A DNA stretch of 64,000 bases from Candidatus Rifleibacteriota bacterium (lineage in GTDB: Bacteria > Muiribacteriota > Ozemobacteria > Ozemobacterales > Ozemobacteraceae), in assembly GCA_015233155.1 (NCBI GenBank), contig JADFYG010000002.1:110734-174733 (forward strand), read 5' to 3'. Within the stretch, counting starts at the first letter, position 1. Every line of letters starts with the position of its first letter. The position numbers and the translations under genes are program-made. Positions 20,484 to 29,825 of the stretch are shown piece after piece. The notes under the pieces were generated by a model, which was given only the letters and a program-made list of their open reading frames with translations, did not search any database and was not told the DNA's origin.

Positions 20484-23400
20484 TTGGTTAAACGAATCTA
20501 TCTTGAAGAAATAATTGAACGGGAGCTTTTGAAAAGCTTTCTGGCACGAATGCGTCTGTTTACGGGGCTGACTGTCGTGCCGTTCAACGACCGAGGCGAA
20601 GCCATATTTGGTGATCCTGTCGAATTGTTCGGCGCAAAAGATGAAATTCTCGATCTCGAGCGACTTGCCGGACGCGATCTCATAACACGAACCGATGGTG
20701 CGCTGATTCGTGTTGTCAGATTAAGCTGGCGCGGTAATCTATACGGCATAGTACTTTTGGGACCCTATTTTCCTGCTGAGGCAACCAAACCCGGATCAGA
20801 AATAGTTTCATCACAAATAATGTGTAGTAAAGCTGACGTTGTGCAAAACATAGAAGCCCCGACAGAGCCAACTTCTCATGCAACCAAATCACACGGGCGC
20901 GAGGAAAAAAAATCTCGTCGCGAAAACAAAATCGGTCTTCACTCAAAAATTGCCGCTTCTGCTGATGTTGCAGATAAAATTCGTCTTACAAATGAACAGA
21001 TACTTGCCGCTGCAGAGTTGATCGAACAGTTTTTCTCACAACAAGTAGAGATTACCGGGGAACGAGAAGCACTGCGCCGTAAGGAGAAAATTCTCTCGGT
21101 GCTCGAAGAAGCGTCAGACATTATGAATTCCAAGCTGGAATTCAACCGCCTCCTGGATTTTCTGATGGATATAGCCATCGACATAACCGGAGCCACATGC
21201 GGAGCATTACTTCTGAAAAAAGAAAGTAAGCGATATCTCGAAGTTGCCGTTGCTCGGGGCAAATACCCCCAGGAAGTTAAAAAAATTCGCGTTCCTATTG
21301 GCCAGGGCATTACTGGCTGGGTTGCTCGTAATCATGAATCACTCATTGTACCCAATGTTCTTCTTGAGCCACGATACATTGAAACCCCGGAAACAATCTA
21401 CTCTGAAATGGCGGTTCCATTGCTTGTCGGGGAAAAACTTATCGGAGTTATCGCCGTCGATTCGTCGGAAATAAATGCGTTTTCCAAGGAAGACTGTGCC
21501 ACTCTCGGAACTCTGGCGTCCATGGTGACCAAGGTTCTTGAGAATGCCCGCTTACTTGCAGTTTCAAATCAGAAGGTTCGGGAAATAACGCGTCTGTTTT
21601 CAATTTCAGAACGTCTGCTGGATGGCAATGGCGCACCCGCTCTAATTCCTGCGGTATTAGTCGATGTCGCTGAAGCACTCAGTTGCAAAGGCATCTCACT
21701 CATGGCATATGACAGTGATCGCGACGATCTTTCGATGATGGCGACCCATGGATTATCAGAAGAGGTCAGGGGACTGCGCATTCCGATGGGGAAAGGCATT
21801 CACGGATGGGTTGCACAACAGCGGAAACCACTGTTGATACAGGATACCACTTCGGAAGCCTCATTCGTCAGATATTCTCTTCTTGATCAGTTTTCTCGTT
21901 CTTCGCTGACGGTTCCCCTGCTTGCCGGCGACCATTTAATTGGAGTGTTATCCGCCTATCAGAAGTCCGAGGAAGCCTCTTTCCAGGAAGATGATGAACG
22001 GCTGCTCACAGCTATCGGTCGCATTTTGACGGTACATTTCGAAAATCGCCGACTGTTCGACGATTCACGACGGAAACTTGATTACCTGACCACATTATAT
22101 CAGGTCAGTTCGTCGGTTTCCCGCACTTTGAATCTTGCAAAGCTTTTTGGAACAATTCTCCAGCAGGTCCAGGATGTAATGGACGTGGAAAATTGTTCAC
22201 TTATGGCGTATGACTCAGTAAAAAATCATCTATCTCTTGATGCTGCCATAGGAGTTCCGAAAAAACTTGTAGGAATGGTCAATGTTCCGATGGGGGAAGG
22301 GATTTCCGGCTGGGTTGCCAAGATGCGTCAACCGGTGCTTATCAAGGATATAGCCAAAGATGAGCGATTCATCCACCATCCGGGTCGCATGGATTATAAG
22401 ACACGTTCGGCCCTTTCTGTTCCAATTATTCACAACAGAAATCTTCTTGGTGTAATCAACGTCAACAATAAACGTTCAGGTTGTATCTTTGACGACGATG
22501 ATCTTAATCTGCTGATCGGGATTTCCGGCCAGATCGCTCAGGCAATTGCAAACGCCAACCTGTATGAACGGACAGAGCAGCAAGTTGCTGAACTGAGCTT
22601 GATCCAGGAACTGGGTAAGGCGATCAATTCATCGCTCGACCTCGATTCAGTGTTGACTTACTTTATAGACATGACATCCCGTATCACTGATGCTGACAGA
22701 TCGACACTGATGTTATTCGATGATGAAAAACAAGAATTATATGTCCAGGCTTTCCGTGGATTCAAAGAAGCCGAGATTCGTGTAGTACGTTTTAAAATTG
22801 GCGAAGGCATTGCCGGACAGGCTGCTCAGACTCGTCGACCTATACGGGTTATAAACACACACGAAGATCCCCTCTATACGCAACTCGGAGTGCTTAATTC
22901 CGCGCAACCACTCACAATGATTTCCGCTCCACTGGTGAATCGCGACAAACTCGTTGGAGTCATAAACTGTGAACGTGAACTCGGGCGCAAGGGACCATTC
23001 TTGCCAGAGAACCTGGACCTGCTCGACACACTTTCCTCGCAAGCCTCAGTGGCAATAGAAAATGCGCGCCTATATCATAATCTATTGAACGTCTACCTCG
23101 AAACTATCCGCGCTCTTGCGGCCGCAATTGATGCAAAGGACAGCTATACGAGCGGCCATTCACGCCGCGTTACAGAGCTTTCTGTCGCGCTTGCACAAGC
23201 AATGGGATTGCATCGCGAAGAAGTCGATACGATCCGACATGCCGCCTTACTGCATGATGTTGGCAAGATCGGTATAAGTGAACGCATTCTCCTCAAACCG
23301 GGTCGCTTGACGGATGATGAATTCGAAACGATCAAATCTCATCCACACATTGGTGCCGGCATTCTTAATTCTATTGAGTTTCTGAAAAATGTTTGTTCAA

Positions 23401-23744
23401 TAATTGAACATCACCATGAAAGATTTGATGGCCGCGGGTATCCTTCCGGGTTGAAAGCTGCTGAAATTCCGCTCGGGGCAAGAATAATAATGGTTGCTGA
23501 CTCCTTCGACGCAATCACTTCCAGTCGCCCGTATCGCAAACCGCTGACTTTTGCTGAAGCAACTGAGGAAATTCGCCGATGTGGCGGGACTCAATTCGAC
23601 CCGAAAGTTGTTGAAGCATTCGTCGCTTTGCGGAATAATGTTTTCTGTCCAATCTGGCTGAAAAAAGAAGCACTTGAACCTGAAACAGAGAATGAATCTC
23701 AACTTACAGCGGAAATACAATCTTTTCCCGGCCTGCGTATTTGA
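20484..23744 (+). CDS. Multi-GAF HD-GYP cyclic dinucleotide phosphodiesterase
   Basis: Four GAF repeats (G.GI.GWVA...PL...G.I); DAKD.YT.GHS.RV, LHDVGKIG, HHERFDGRGYP and ADSFDAITS.RPY motifs. Confidence 0.92.
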   Translation: MVKRIYLEEIIERELLKSFLARMRLFTGLTVVPFNDRGEAIFGDPVELFGAKDEILDLERLAGRDLITRTDGALIRVVRLSWRGNLYGIVLLGPYFPAEATKPGSEIVSSQIMCSKADVVQNIEAPTEPTSHATKSHGREEKKSRRENKIGLHSKIAASADVADKIRLTNEQILAAAELIEQFFSQQVEITGEREALRRKEKILSVLEEASDIMNSKLEFNRLLDFLMDIAIDITGATCGALLLKKESKRYLEVAVARGKYPQEVKKIRVPIGQGITGWVARNHESLIVPNVLLEPRYIETPETIYSEMAVPLLVGEKLIGVIAVDSSEINAFSKEDCATLGTLASMVTKVLENARLLAVSNQKVREITRLFSISERLLDGNGAPALIPAVLVDVAEALSCKGISLMAYDSDRDDLSMMATHGLSEEVRGLRIPMGKGIHGWVAQQRKPLLIQDTTSEASFVRYSLLDQFSRSSLTVPLLAGDHLIGVLSAYQKSEEASFQEDDERLLTAIGRILTVHFENRRLFDDSRRKLDYLTTLYQVSSSVSRTLNLAKLFGTILQQVQDVMDVENCSLMAYDSVKNHLSLDAAIGVPKKLVGMVNVPMGEGISGWVAKMRQPVLIKDIAKDERFIHHPGRMDYKTRSALSVPIIHNRNLLGVINVNNKRSGCIFDDDDLNLLIGISGQIAQAIANANLYERTEQQVAELSLIQELGKAINSSLDLDSVLTYFIDMTSRITDADRSTLMLFDDEKQELYVQAFRGFKEAEIRVVRFKIGEGIAGQAAQTRRPIRVINTHEDPLYTQLGVLNSAQPLTMISAPLVNRDKLVGVINCERELGRKGPFLPENLDLLDTLSSQASVAIENARLYHNLLNVYLETIRALAAAIDAKDSYTSGHSRRVTELSVALAQAMGLHREEVDTIRHAALLHDVGKIGISERILLKPGRLTDDEFETIKSHPHIGAGILNSIEFLKNVCSIIEHHHERFDGRGYPSGLKAAEIPLGARIIMVADSFDAITSSRPYRKPLTFAEATEEIRRCGGTQFDPKVVEAFVALRNNVFCPIWLKKEALEPETENESQLTAEIQSFPGLRI

Positions 23745-23775
23745 CGTTCGATTTCACAAAATATTCTAACGAACC

Positions 23776-23858
23776 TGTCGGAAAACTCATAAGCGCCTTT
23801 CAGAGACATATTTTTGAATTTGTACACCGAAATTCTTTAAAACCATACTTTTCCGACA
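23776..23858. repeat. Short inverted-repeat element, possible MITE remnant
   Basis: TGTCGGAAAA (23776-23785) and TTTTCCGACA (23849-23858) flank an AT-rich spacer. Confidence 0.4.
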
Positions 23859-23919
23859 AGCTCTAACGGCGCCGTTAACCATGTTCCCTGAAACGAGATA
23901 TTTGCCCATCTGCATGGGG

Positions 23920-24046
23920 GCATATGCGCTTACTTAAACGTCCAAATTCTACTTTTGTCATTTCGACCGAAGGGAGAAATATTGTATTTATGAGAGCTCT
24001 CACATTCGTTCGAGATGACAAGCTATTCCTAAGTAAGCGCATATGG
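23920..24046. mobile_element. MITE-like element with 16-bp inverted repeats and a 9-bp target-site duplication
   Basis: CATATGCGCTTACTTA (23921-23936) and TAAGTAAGCGCATATG (24030-24045); TGCATGGGG on both flanks (23911-23919, 24047-24055); internal GTCATTTCGACCGAAGGGAGAAAT unit also present at 37127-37192. Confidence 0.75.
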
Positions 24047-24139
24047 TGCATGGGGAAGGCGACGTCGCGACGTCGCAGAAGCGAAGCTCGCGACGTTGCT
24101 GAAACAGATAAAAATAGACACAGTCATCATTTCAGCACT

Positions 24140-24155
24140 TGGCACAATGTTTGCT
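24140..24155 (+). promoter_or_regulatory. sigma54 (-24/-12) promoter of the hsp20 pair
   Basis: TGGCAC-AATGT-TTGCT matches TGGCAC-N5-TTGCW, about 60 nt upstream of the hsp20 ATG. Confidence 0.75.
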
Positions 24156-24213
24156 TAAACAATGGCAAGAGGAAATGACCTCAAGTATTCAAAATCCCAA
24201 AGGAGGTAAAATT

Positions 24214-24657
24214 ATGAATTTCTGGAAGTTGTTCAAAGAAATGGAGTCCCTGCAAAATCAGTTGAGTGATGTAACAAAAGAATATGGTATCCGACTTCCC
24301 AGACTCGCATTTTTGCCCGGTGTATCTGCTCGACACTTTCCGCTGCAGAATGTCGGAGAAGACCAGACTAATGTCTACGTAGAAGCTCTAGCCCCAGGAG
24401 TAGATCCAGGATCTCTAAATGTCAGCATCGTAAAGAATACGTTAACTGTGAGCGGTGAAAAAGTTAAATCCCAGATTTCTGCGGAAGATTATCATCGTTC
24501 CGAACGCGGGGCAGGAAAGTTTATACGTACCATTGAACTTCCCGTTGAAATCAATCCGGACCAGGTCTCTGCAGAATATAAGAATGGCATTCTAAATATC
24601 ACGATGGGCAAAGCAGAAGCTTCGAAACCTCGTCAGATCGAAATAAAACTCGGCTGA
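24214..24657 (+). CDS. Hsp20/alpha-crystallin small heat-shock protein
   Basis: APGVDP..L.VSI....LTVSGEK, ERG.GKF.R.IELP and A.YKNGIL.I motifs; AGGAGG RBS before the ATG at 24214. Confidence 0.92.
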   Translation: MNFWKLFKEMESLQNQLSDVTKEYGIRLPRLAFLPGVSARHFPLQNVGEDQTNVYVEALAPGVDPGSLNVSIVKNTLTVSGEKVKSQISAEDYHRSERGAGKFIRTIELPVEINPDQVSAEYKNGILNITMGKAEASKPRQIEIKLG

Positions 24658-24827
24658 TTGAATCATGTGTAAAAAACATACTCGAGACCCAATATTCCCA
24701 GATCTGAATAAAACACATTCAAACCCTATCGACACAAGGAATATTCGATTCCGCAGTGTAACGATGCCTTGCAAATGCAGTCTATATCAATAACCACACA
24801 TTGAATTTCGCCAGGAGGAACGAAAAT

Positions 24828-25229
24828 ATGCCAGAGAAAACTATTCCCAACATTCAGCAGGAAGCTTCAACAGAAGTGAGTCGCGAGGTGACACGCACTC
24901 CAGAGCGATATGTCCAGCCACTGGTTGACATATATGAAACCAAGGACGGACTGACAGTTGTTGCTGATATGCCCGGTGTTCCCAAGGAAAATCTGAACAT
25001 CAAGGTGGAAAATGATATTCTCACCATCGAAGGACACATGACAAAGCCGGATCGAGAGCTGAATTTCGAACGGGAATTTGAGTTTGTAAGCTTTTTCCGC
25101 CAGTTCGAATTGTCCGAAGCTGTCGATCGGGAAAAAATCGCTGCTTCTATCGTGAATGGAGTTCTTACAGTCAACCTCCCAAAAACAGAGAGTCAAAAAC
25201 CTCGCCAAATAACAGTCCGTGTAAGTTGA
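24828..25229 (+). CDS. Hsp20/alpha-crystallin small heat-shock protein
   Basis: PLVDIYET...ADMPGV, F.RQF.L...VD.EKI.A...NGVLTV.LPK motifs; AGGAGG RBS. Confidence 0.92.
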   Translation: MPEKTIPNIQQEASTEVSREVTRTPERYVQPLVDIYETKDGLTVVADMPGVPKENLNIKVENDILTIEGHMTKPDRELNFEREFEFVSFFRQFELSEAVDREKIAASIVNGVLTVNLPKTESQKPRQITVRVS

Positions 25230-25390
25230 TCGCATTCGTCTCTCACGGACTCTCTTGATCACGTCATCCAATCCCAGATAATACGGGTTTCGCACCATCT
25301 TAATAACCAAAACTCACGGATAATAATATTCGTGGGAGAGAGGTGATAGAATGGTGCGAAATTTTTTTGTTATTGGGAGTAAAAACTGCC

Positions 25391-26176
25391 ATGGAAGTCA
25401 TTATAAAAAATAACCAGGAACAGGCTTGTAAGCTCGGAGCAAAAATAGTTGCACGTTTCATGCGGAAAAAAACAAAAATGGTCCTCGGCCTGGCAACCGG
25501 GTCCACTCCTTTGCCCATCTACAAGGAATTGATACGAATGCATCGGGAAGAGGGCTTGAGCTTTAGCCAGACCGTTACATTCAATCTCGACGAGTATGTT
25601 GGGCTTCCTCCAGGGCATCCAGGGTCGTATCGCACTTACATGGAAGACAATTTGTTTAGACATGTGGATATTGCCACTTGTGCCACACATCTCCCCAATG
25701 GAAATGCTGATGATATTCCGACCGCCTGCGCTGAATATGAGCGCAGTATCCAAACAGCCGGAGGGATCGATCTGCAAATACTCGGTCTGGGTGGAGATGG
25801 TCATCTGGCATTCAACGAACCCAGCTCGTCGCTGCGATCCAGGACCCGGCTGAAAACCCTTACTACGGAAACCAGAAAGGCAAATGCGGCTGTATTCGGC
25901 AAAGCAGAAAAGGTGCCAATGCATGTTATCACCATGGGACTGGAAACAATCATGGCAGCGCGTTGCTGCCTGTTGTTCGCTTTTGGCCGTGGCAAGGCCG
26001 ATGCCACACAAAAAATGATAGAAGGTCCGGTTTCAGCTTCCTGTCCTGCCAGTATTCTTCAGTTTCACGAACAAGCAGTCGTCATTATCGATGAGGATGC
26101 TGCTTCGCAACTAATAAATCATGAATATTACCGTGAGGTCTATTCCGAAAAACCAGACTGGCAAAAATGGGAATAG
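25391..26176 (+). CDS. nagB: Glucosamine-6-phosphate deaminase
   Basis: LGLATGSTP, TFNLDEYVG, GGIDLQILG.G.DGH.AFNEP and CPASILQ.H motifs. Confidence 0.95.
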   Translation: MEVIIKNNQEQACKLGAKIVARFMRKKTKMVLGLATGSTPLPIYKELIRMHREEGLSFSQTVTFNLDEYVGLPPGHPGSYRTYMEDNLFRHVDIATCATHLPNGNADDIPTACAEYERSIQTAGGIDLQILGLGGDGHLAFNEPSSSLRSRTRLKTLTTETRKANAAVFGKAEKVPMHVITMGLETIMAARCCLLFAFGRGKADATQKMIEGPVSASCPASILQFHEQAVVIIDEDAASQLINHEYYREVYSEKPDWQKWE

Positions 26177-26341
26177 TTATGCTGAATTTTCTAATTAGAA
26201 ATTCAGACTCCAGTATTATAAATGTGTGTGTTCCGTTTTTTATTTTCTTGCTGTAGAATGACAAAGTAGAAATATCCTCAGTCATTCGGCCGATTATCTA
26301 CCAATGAGTAGACATTTTTGGCAAATGTGATGGAATAAAAA

Positions 26342-27787
26342 GTGGATCAGGTTGGACCTTCGACACCATTGACGACATCGACGGAAAGTGAAGCCAGCAT
26401 TACAAAACGGCTTCGCAATGTTCCTTTTTTAGAAGGTTTTAGTGATGCCGCAATACAAAAAGTGGTGGCGATTACCGGCGAAACAACTTTTCCCGCACGT
26501 TCTGTAATTTTCCGCGAAGGTGATCGCGGAGATACCCTATATATACTTAAATCCGGTCGCGCAACGATCTCCAAGAAAAATAGACTTGGAGTGAATGTTG
26601 TTATTGCCACTCTGGTCGAAGGGGCTGTCATAGGCGATATGGCATTGATCGATAATCAGCCGCGATCTGCCACATTAGAGACTCTTATTCAATCCACATT
26701 TTTCATAATCAAGGAAAGTGATTTTCAAAAGCTGCTCTATAACGATCGCGAGGTCACTCAGGGAACCCTGATCCTTCTTACTGACCGCATTCGTCGTTCT
26801 AATGAAAAGTTGATAGATTTTGCCCTCGATAATCATCCCGACATGGTCATACTGACTGATACGGATTTTCGCGTTACCGATATCAATAAACAGGCGCAGA
26901 ATCAATTGAAAATGAATCCTAAAGAAGGAATTCAGCCTGGAGTTCTCGGCAAAATACGTTTCCTGTTGGAAAAAGTTCGTCAACAGGCTCAAGAGCGAAA
27001 TCCATTTTTTCTGATTCTCATGAAACCGGAAAAGCTTTTTCTTTGGGTACATGTTAACCCCTTGAAAAATCCACAGGGATTTCTGCAAGGATATCTGATC
27101 GAACTTCGTGACATTACTCAGGCACGCGACAGCAGCCGTCGAAGTCTTGAAATTGCAAGTTTTATCATTCACCGACTTCCTGGTTTAGTTGAAAAAATGA
27201 AGGGCTTTACACCTGCTGAGTCGCGAGATACTTCTTCCGAGCAAACGGAATTGGTTCGTGAAATTAACCGTCAGGTGAACAAACTTGTAGCATTCACAGA
27301 TCTGGAAGCCGGCCCTCTTCGTATTCAGCGCGTCGACATGAACCCTGATCAGATTGCAACGGATGTAATTAATTCGCATCAATTCGTGATGGCCGCCAAA
27401 TCCCAGGCTCTCGATTGTCGTTTAGAATTTGGAGAGGGACAGATTTTTGCTGATGATGACTGGATCCGCAAGTTACTGACCATCCTTTTGTGCAATGCAA
27501 TCACATATTCGGAACCCGGTTCTCTCATTGTCTTTCAGACATCGCAACCAAACAATGGACGATTCCGTTGCAGAATCCAGAACCCGACAGATTTCACAGT
27601 TTCTGAAGATGATGCCCGCAGATTTTTCAGCATCAGTCAACAACTCGAAGATTTTGAATCTCTCCGCTCCACCGATTTCGGTTTAGAACTCCCACTCGCC
27701 AAGCATATAATTGATGCTCACAACGGACGGATCAGCATTGAACCTAATTTGAATAATAATCTATTTTCGGTGGTCTTTGAACTCTGA
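26342..27787 (+). CDS. cNMP-binding/PAS/histidine-kinase-like sensor with degenerate kinase boxes
   Basis: IFREGD.GD.LY and GDMALIDNQPRSAT (cNMP domain); NAITYS and GLELPLAKHIIDAHNG (HATPase-like); atypical H box. Confidence 0.75.
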   Translation: MDQVGPSTPLTTSTESEASITKRLRNVPFLEGFSDAAIQKVVAITGETTFPARSVIFREGDRGDTLYILKSGRATISKKNRLGVNVVIATLVEGAVIGDMALIDNQPRSATLETLIQSTFFIIKESDFQKLLYNDREVTQGTLILLTDRIRRSNEKLIDFALDNHPDMVILTDTDFRVTDINKQAQNQLKMNPKEGIQPGVLGKIRFLLEKVRQQAQERNPFFLILMKPEKLFLWVHVNPLKNPQGFLQGYLIELRDITQARDSSRRSLEIASFIIHRLPGLVEKMKGFTPAESRDTSSEQTELVREINRQVNKLVAFTDLEAGPLRIQRVDMNPDQIATDVINSHQFVMAAKSQALDCRLEFGEGQIFADDDWIRKLLTILLCNAITYSEPGSLIVFQTSQPNNGRFRCRIQNPTDFTVSEDDARRFFSISQQLEDFESLRSTDFGLELPLAKHIIDAHNGRISIEPNLNNNLFSVVFEL

Positions 27788-28251
27788 TGAAAGACATTCG
27801 CCCAGAACCTCTTAAACATCGACTGCAACTACCAACAAATCTTGCCAGTATTCCAGTGGGCCAGGATTTTTTAATGTCTGTCCTGCGGAAAGAGAATGCT
27901 CCGGAAGATTTTATTAGAAAAATGCGCCTCGTTTTAGATGAAGCCTTAACCAATGCAATTGAACACGGTGGTATCAGTGCTGGTGTAGATACCATAAGCC
28001 TGAGCTGTCAAATGATTGAATCATCTTTTCAGATCCAGGTGGAAGATTTTCAAGGCCGGATGTTCGATCCGGAATATTTTCGTCGTATTGCCGTAGCCAA
28101 AGGGTGGGGCAAAGGTGGTCGAGGAATTCTGCTTATTGATTCTATTGTAGACCACATGGCATACCTTATTGAACCCGGAAAACACACGATCTTATATATG
28201 GAAATCACCGCTCCATGGCTGAAAACCTCAGAATCTAAAACTTCTCCATAG
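27787..28251 (+). CDS. RsbW/SpoIIAB-type anti-sigma factor (HATPase_c_2)
   Basis: LVLDEALTNAIEHG, VED..G..FDP and GGRGILLI...VD motifs; start overlaps the upstream stop codon. Confidence 0.85.
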   Translation: MKDIRPEPLKHRLQLPTNLASIPVGQDFLMSVLRKENAPEDFIRKMRLVLDEALTNAIEHGGISAGVDTISLSCQMIESSFQIQVEDFQGRMFDPEYFRRIAVAKGWGKGGRGILLIDSIVDHMAYLIEPGKHTILYMEITAPWLKTSESKTSP

Positions 28252-28360
28252 CCGGTGAGCTTTCCCGGTTAAGATTTTCCCTGCATCGAAAATCTATATT
28301 TTCAAGCAAGCATCAACGGCTGATATTCGTATCTCTCCCTTGCGGTTTCTTCAAATTGTA

Positions 28361-28762
28361 TTATTTTGCGGAAGGACGCCTGTAACCGCACTTGCATGGT
28401 CCTTTCTTTACCATTACTCGTGCGCAATTCGGGCAGTATTTGCTTACCGCCTTTTCCGGATTCTGCAACTGTTGTTGCTTTGCGAGCTGATCCTTTTGCT
28501 TTTCAGATTCAGTTTTTTTCGCAGATTCGATAGAATCCTTACTTTCAGGAACTGATTTTGCTGAACAGTGCGGTTTTCCTGTGATTTCCTGGAATTTTTC
28601 TGCATAATCCGGATTATCATCCAGGTATTTTTCGAAGGCATCCTTCGGAGACAGCCCCTTCTTCCAAAGGTGGTCATAAGGATAAAGCGGCTCTTCATCG
28701 AGATACTTTTCGCAGAGCGAAACGAACGTATCATCCCAGGAGTCGTAAGATTCACGTGCCAT
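28361..28762 (-). CDS. Hypothetical protein with a C-terminal zinc ribbon
   Basis: CPNC-x8-CKCG at the C-terminus; AAGGA RBS before the ATG at 28762. Confidence 0.6.
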   Translation of the reverse strand: MARESYDSWDDTFVSLCEKYLDEEPLYPYDHLWKKGLSPKDAFEKYLDDNPDYAEKFQEITGKPHCSAKSVPESKDSIESAKKTESEKQKDQLAKQQQLQNPEKAVSKYCPNCARVMVKKGPCKCGYRRPSAK

Positions 28763-28925
28763 ATAGTCTTCCTTTCGAATGGCTCTGGCTTTTATCAATT
28801 GCTCGAAACGAACTTCAGTGTTAATGAAATACCCTAAAAACACTTTGGTTTCAAATACAATGACAAACAGCAAAATAATGATATGTTTATGATAGAGGCA
28901 GAATTATTCGGTTCCGGAGGTTTGT

Positions 28926-29804
28926 ATGGTCGATAAAGTCCAAATGCCATTGTCATTCTCACAGACGGAATCAGGAACAGTAAAAACATTATCATCACTT
29001 AATTCGTTAATCAGCAGTACAAGTAATGGAGTGACCGATCCATTAAAAGGGTTGAATATTGATCAAATGAATCTTTCAGTCGATGCCCAGAATAAGATAG
29101 CCTGGGCCAGATCTCAGTTTGAGGTGAACTACCAGGTAATAAAATCCATAAACACATCGCAAGGCGTTGAAACGTCCCAGGAGAGCTTCTCATTTCAGGC
29201 CAGTTACGATTTCTTGCAAAAGGTTTCCGGGCAGACACCGGTTCCAGTACCTGGCAGTGTAGCCCAATCGTCTTCCACAGACGGGCAGCAGGCTTCTCAA
29301 AATACTCAGGATGCTCAGGCTGCGCAAGGCACACAAACTTCGCAGGATGCTCTTTCTCAGCTTCAGGACTATTTTTCCCCGGAAAAAACCGCGCAACGGA
29401 TTCTTGATGTGGCAACCAGTTTTTATCCGGTCAGCGACACAGGACAAGCTGCGGGGAATACCGAAGCGGGGCGCCAGAAATTTTCGGATTTTATCGGAGC
29501 CAGTATCGAGGAAGGGTTTCGGCAGGCATATGGTTTACTCGGCACATTGCCGGATGACGTGAAAGCGGGAACTGATAAGACTCATTCTCTTGTGTTCGCA
29601 GGGCTTGATAATTTTGTAAAAAACGGCGTAGATCCCGAAAAAATGACGACGGGCGGAGTCATGGATAAAATCGCTGCATACAGATTGGAAGCTGCGCAAA
29701 ATACTGATCGTATAAGAAAATCCCTTGGGATTACCGGCTACAACGCACAAGGGGACCCGCGAAACACCTCATCTGATACTTCTACAATTTCCACAACGGG
29801 ATGA
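28926..29804 (+). CDS. DUF5610-like protein
   Basis: YFSPEKTAQRILD.AT...IEEGF.QA...LG.LP motif; Q/S/T-rich linker; GGAGG RBS. Confidence 0.55.
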   Translation: MVDKVQMPLSFSQTESGTVKTLSSLNSLISSTSNGVTDPLKGLNIDQMNLSVDAQNKIAWARSQFEVNYQVIKSINTSQGVETSQESFSFQASYDFLQKVSGQTPVPVPGSVAQSSSTDGQQASQNTQDAQAAQGTQTSQDALSQLQDYFSPEKTAQRILDVATSFYPVSDTGQAAGNTEAGRQKFSDFIGASIEEGFRQAYGLLGTLPDDVKAGTDKTHSLVFAGLDNFVKNGVDPEKMTTGGVMDKIAAYRLEAAQNTDRIRKSLGITGYNAQGDPRNTSSDTSTISTTG

Positions 29805-29825
29805 CCTGATAACTACATTTATTTT

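Noticed and set aside
24132-24158. CIRCE element upstream of hsp20
   Set aside because: The left half TCAGCACTT is similar, but the right half does not match GAGTGCTAA; the sigma54 consensus fits exactly.
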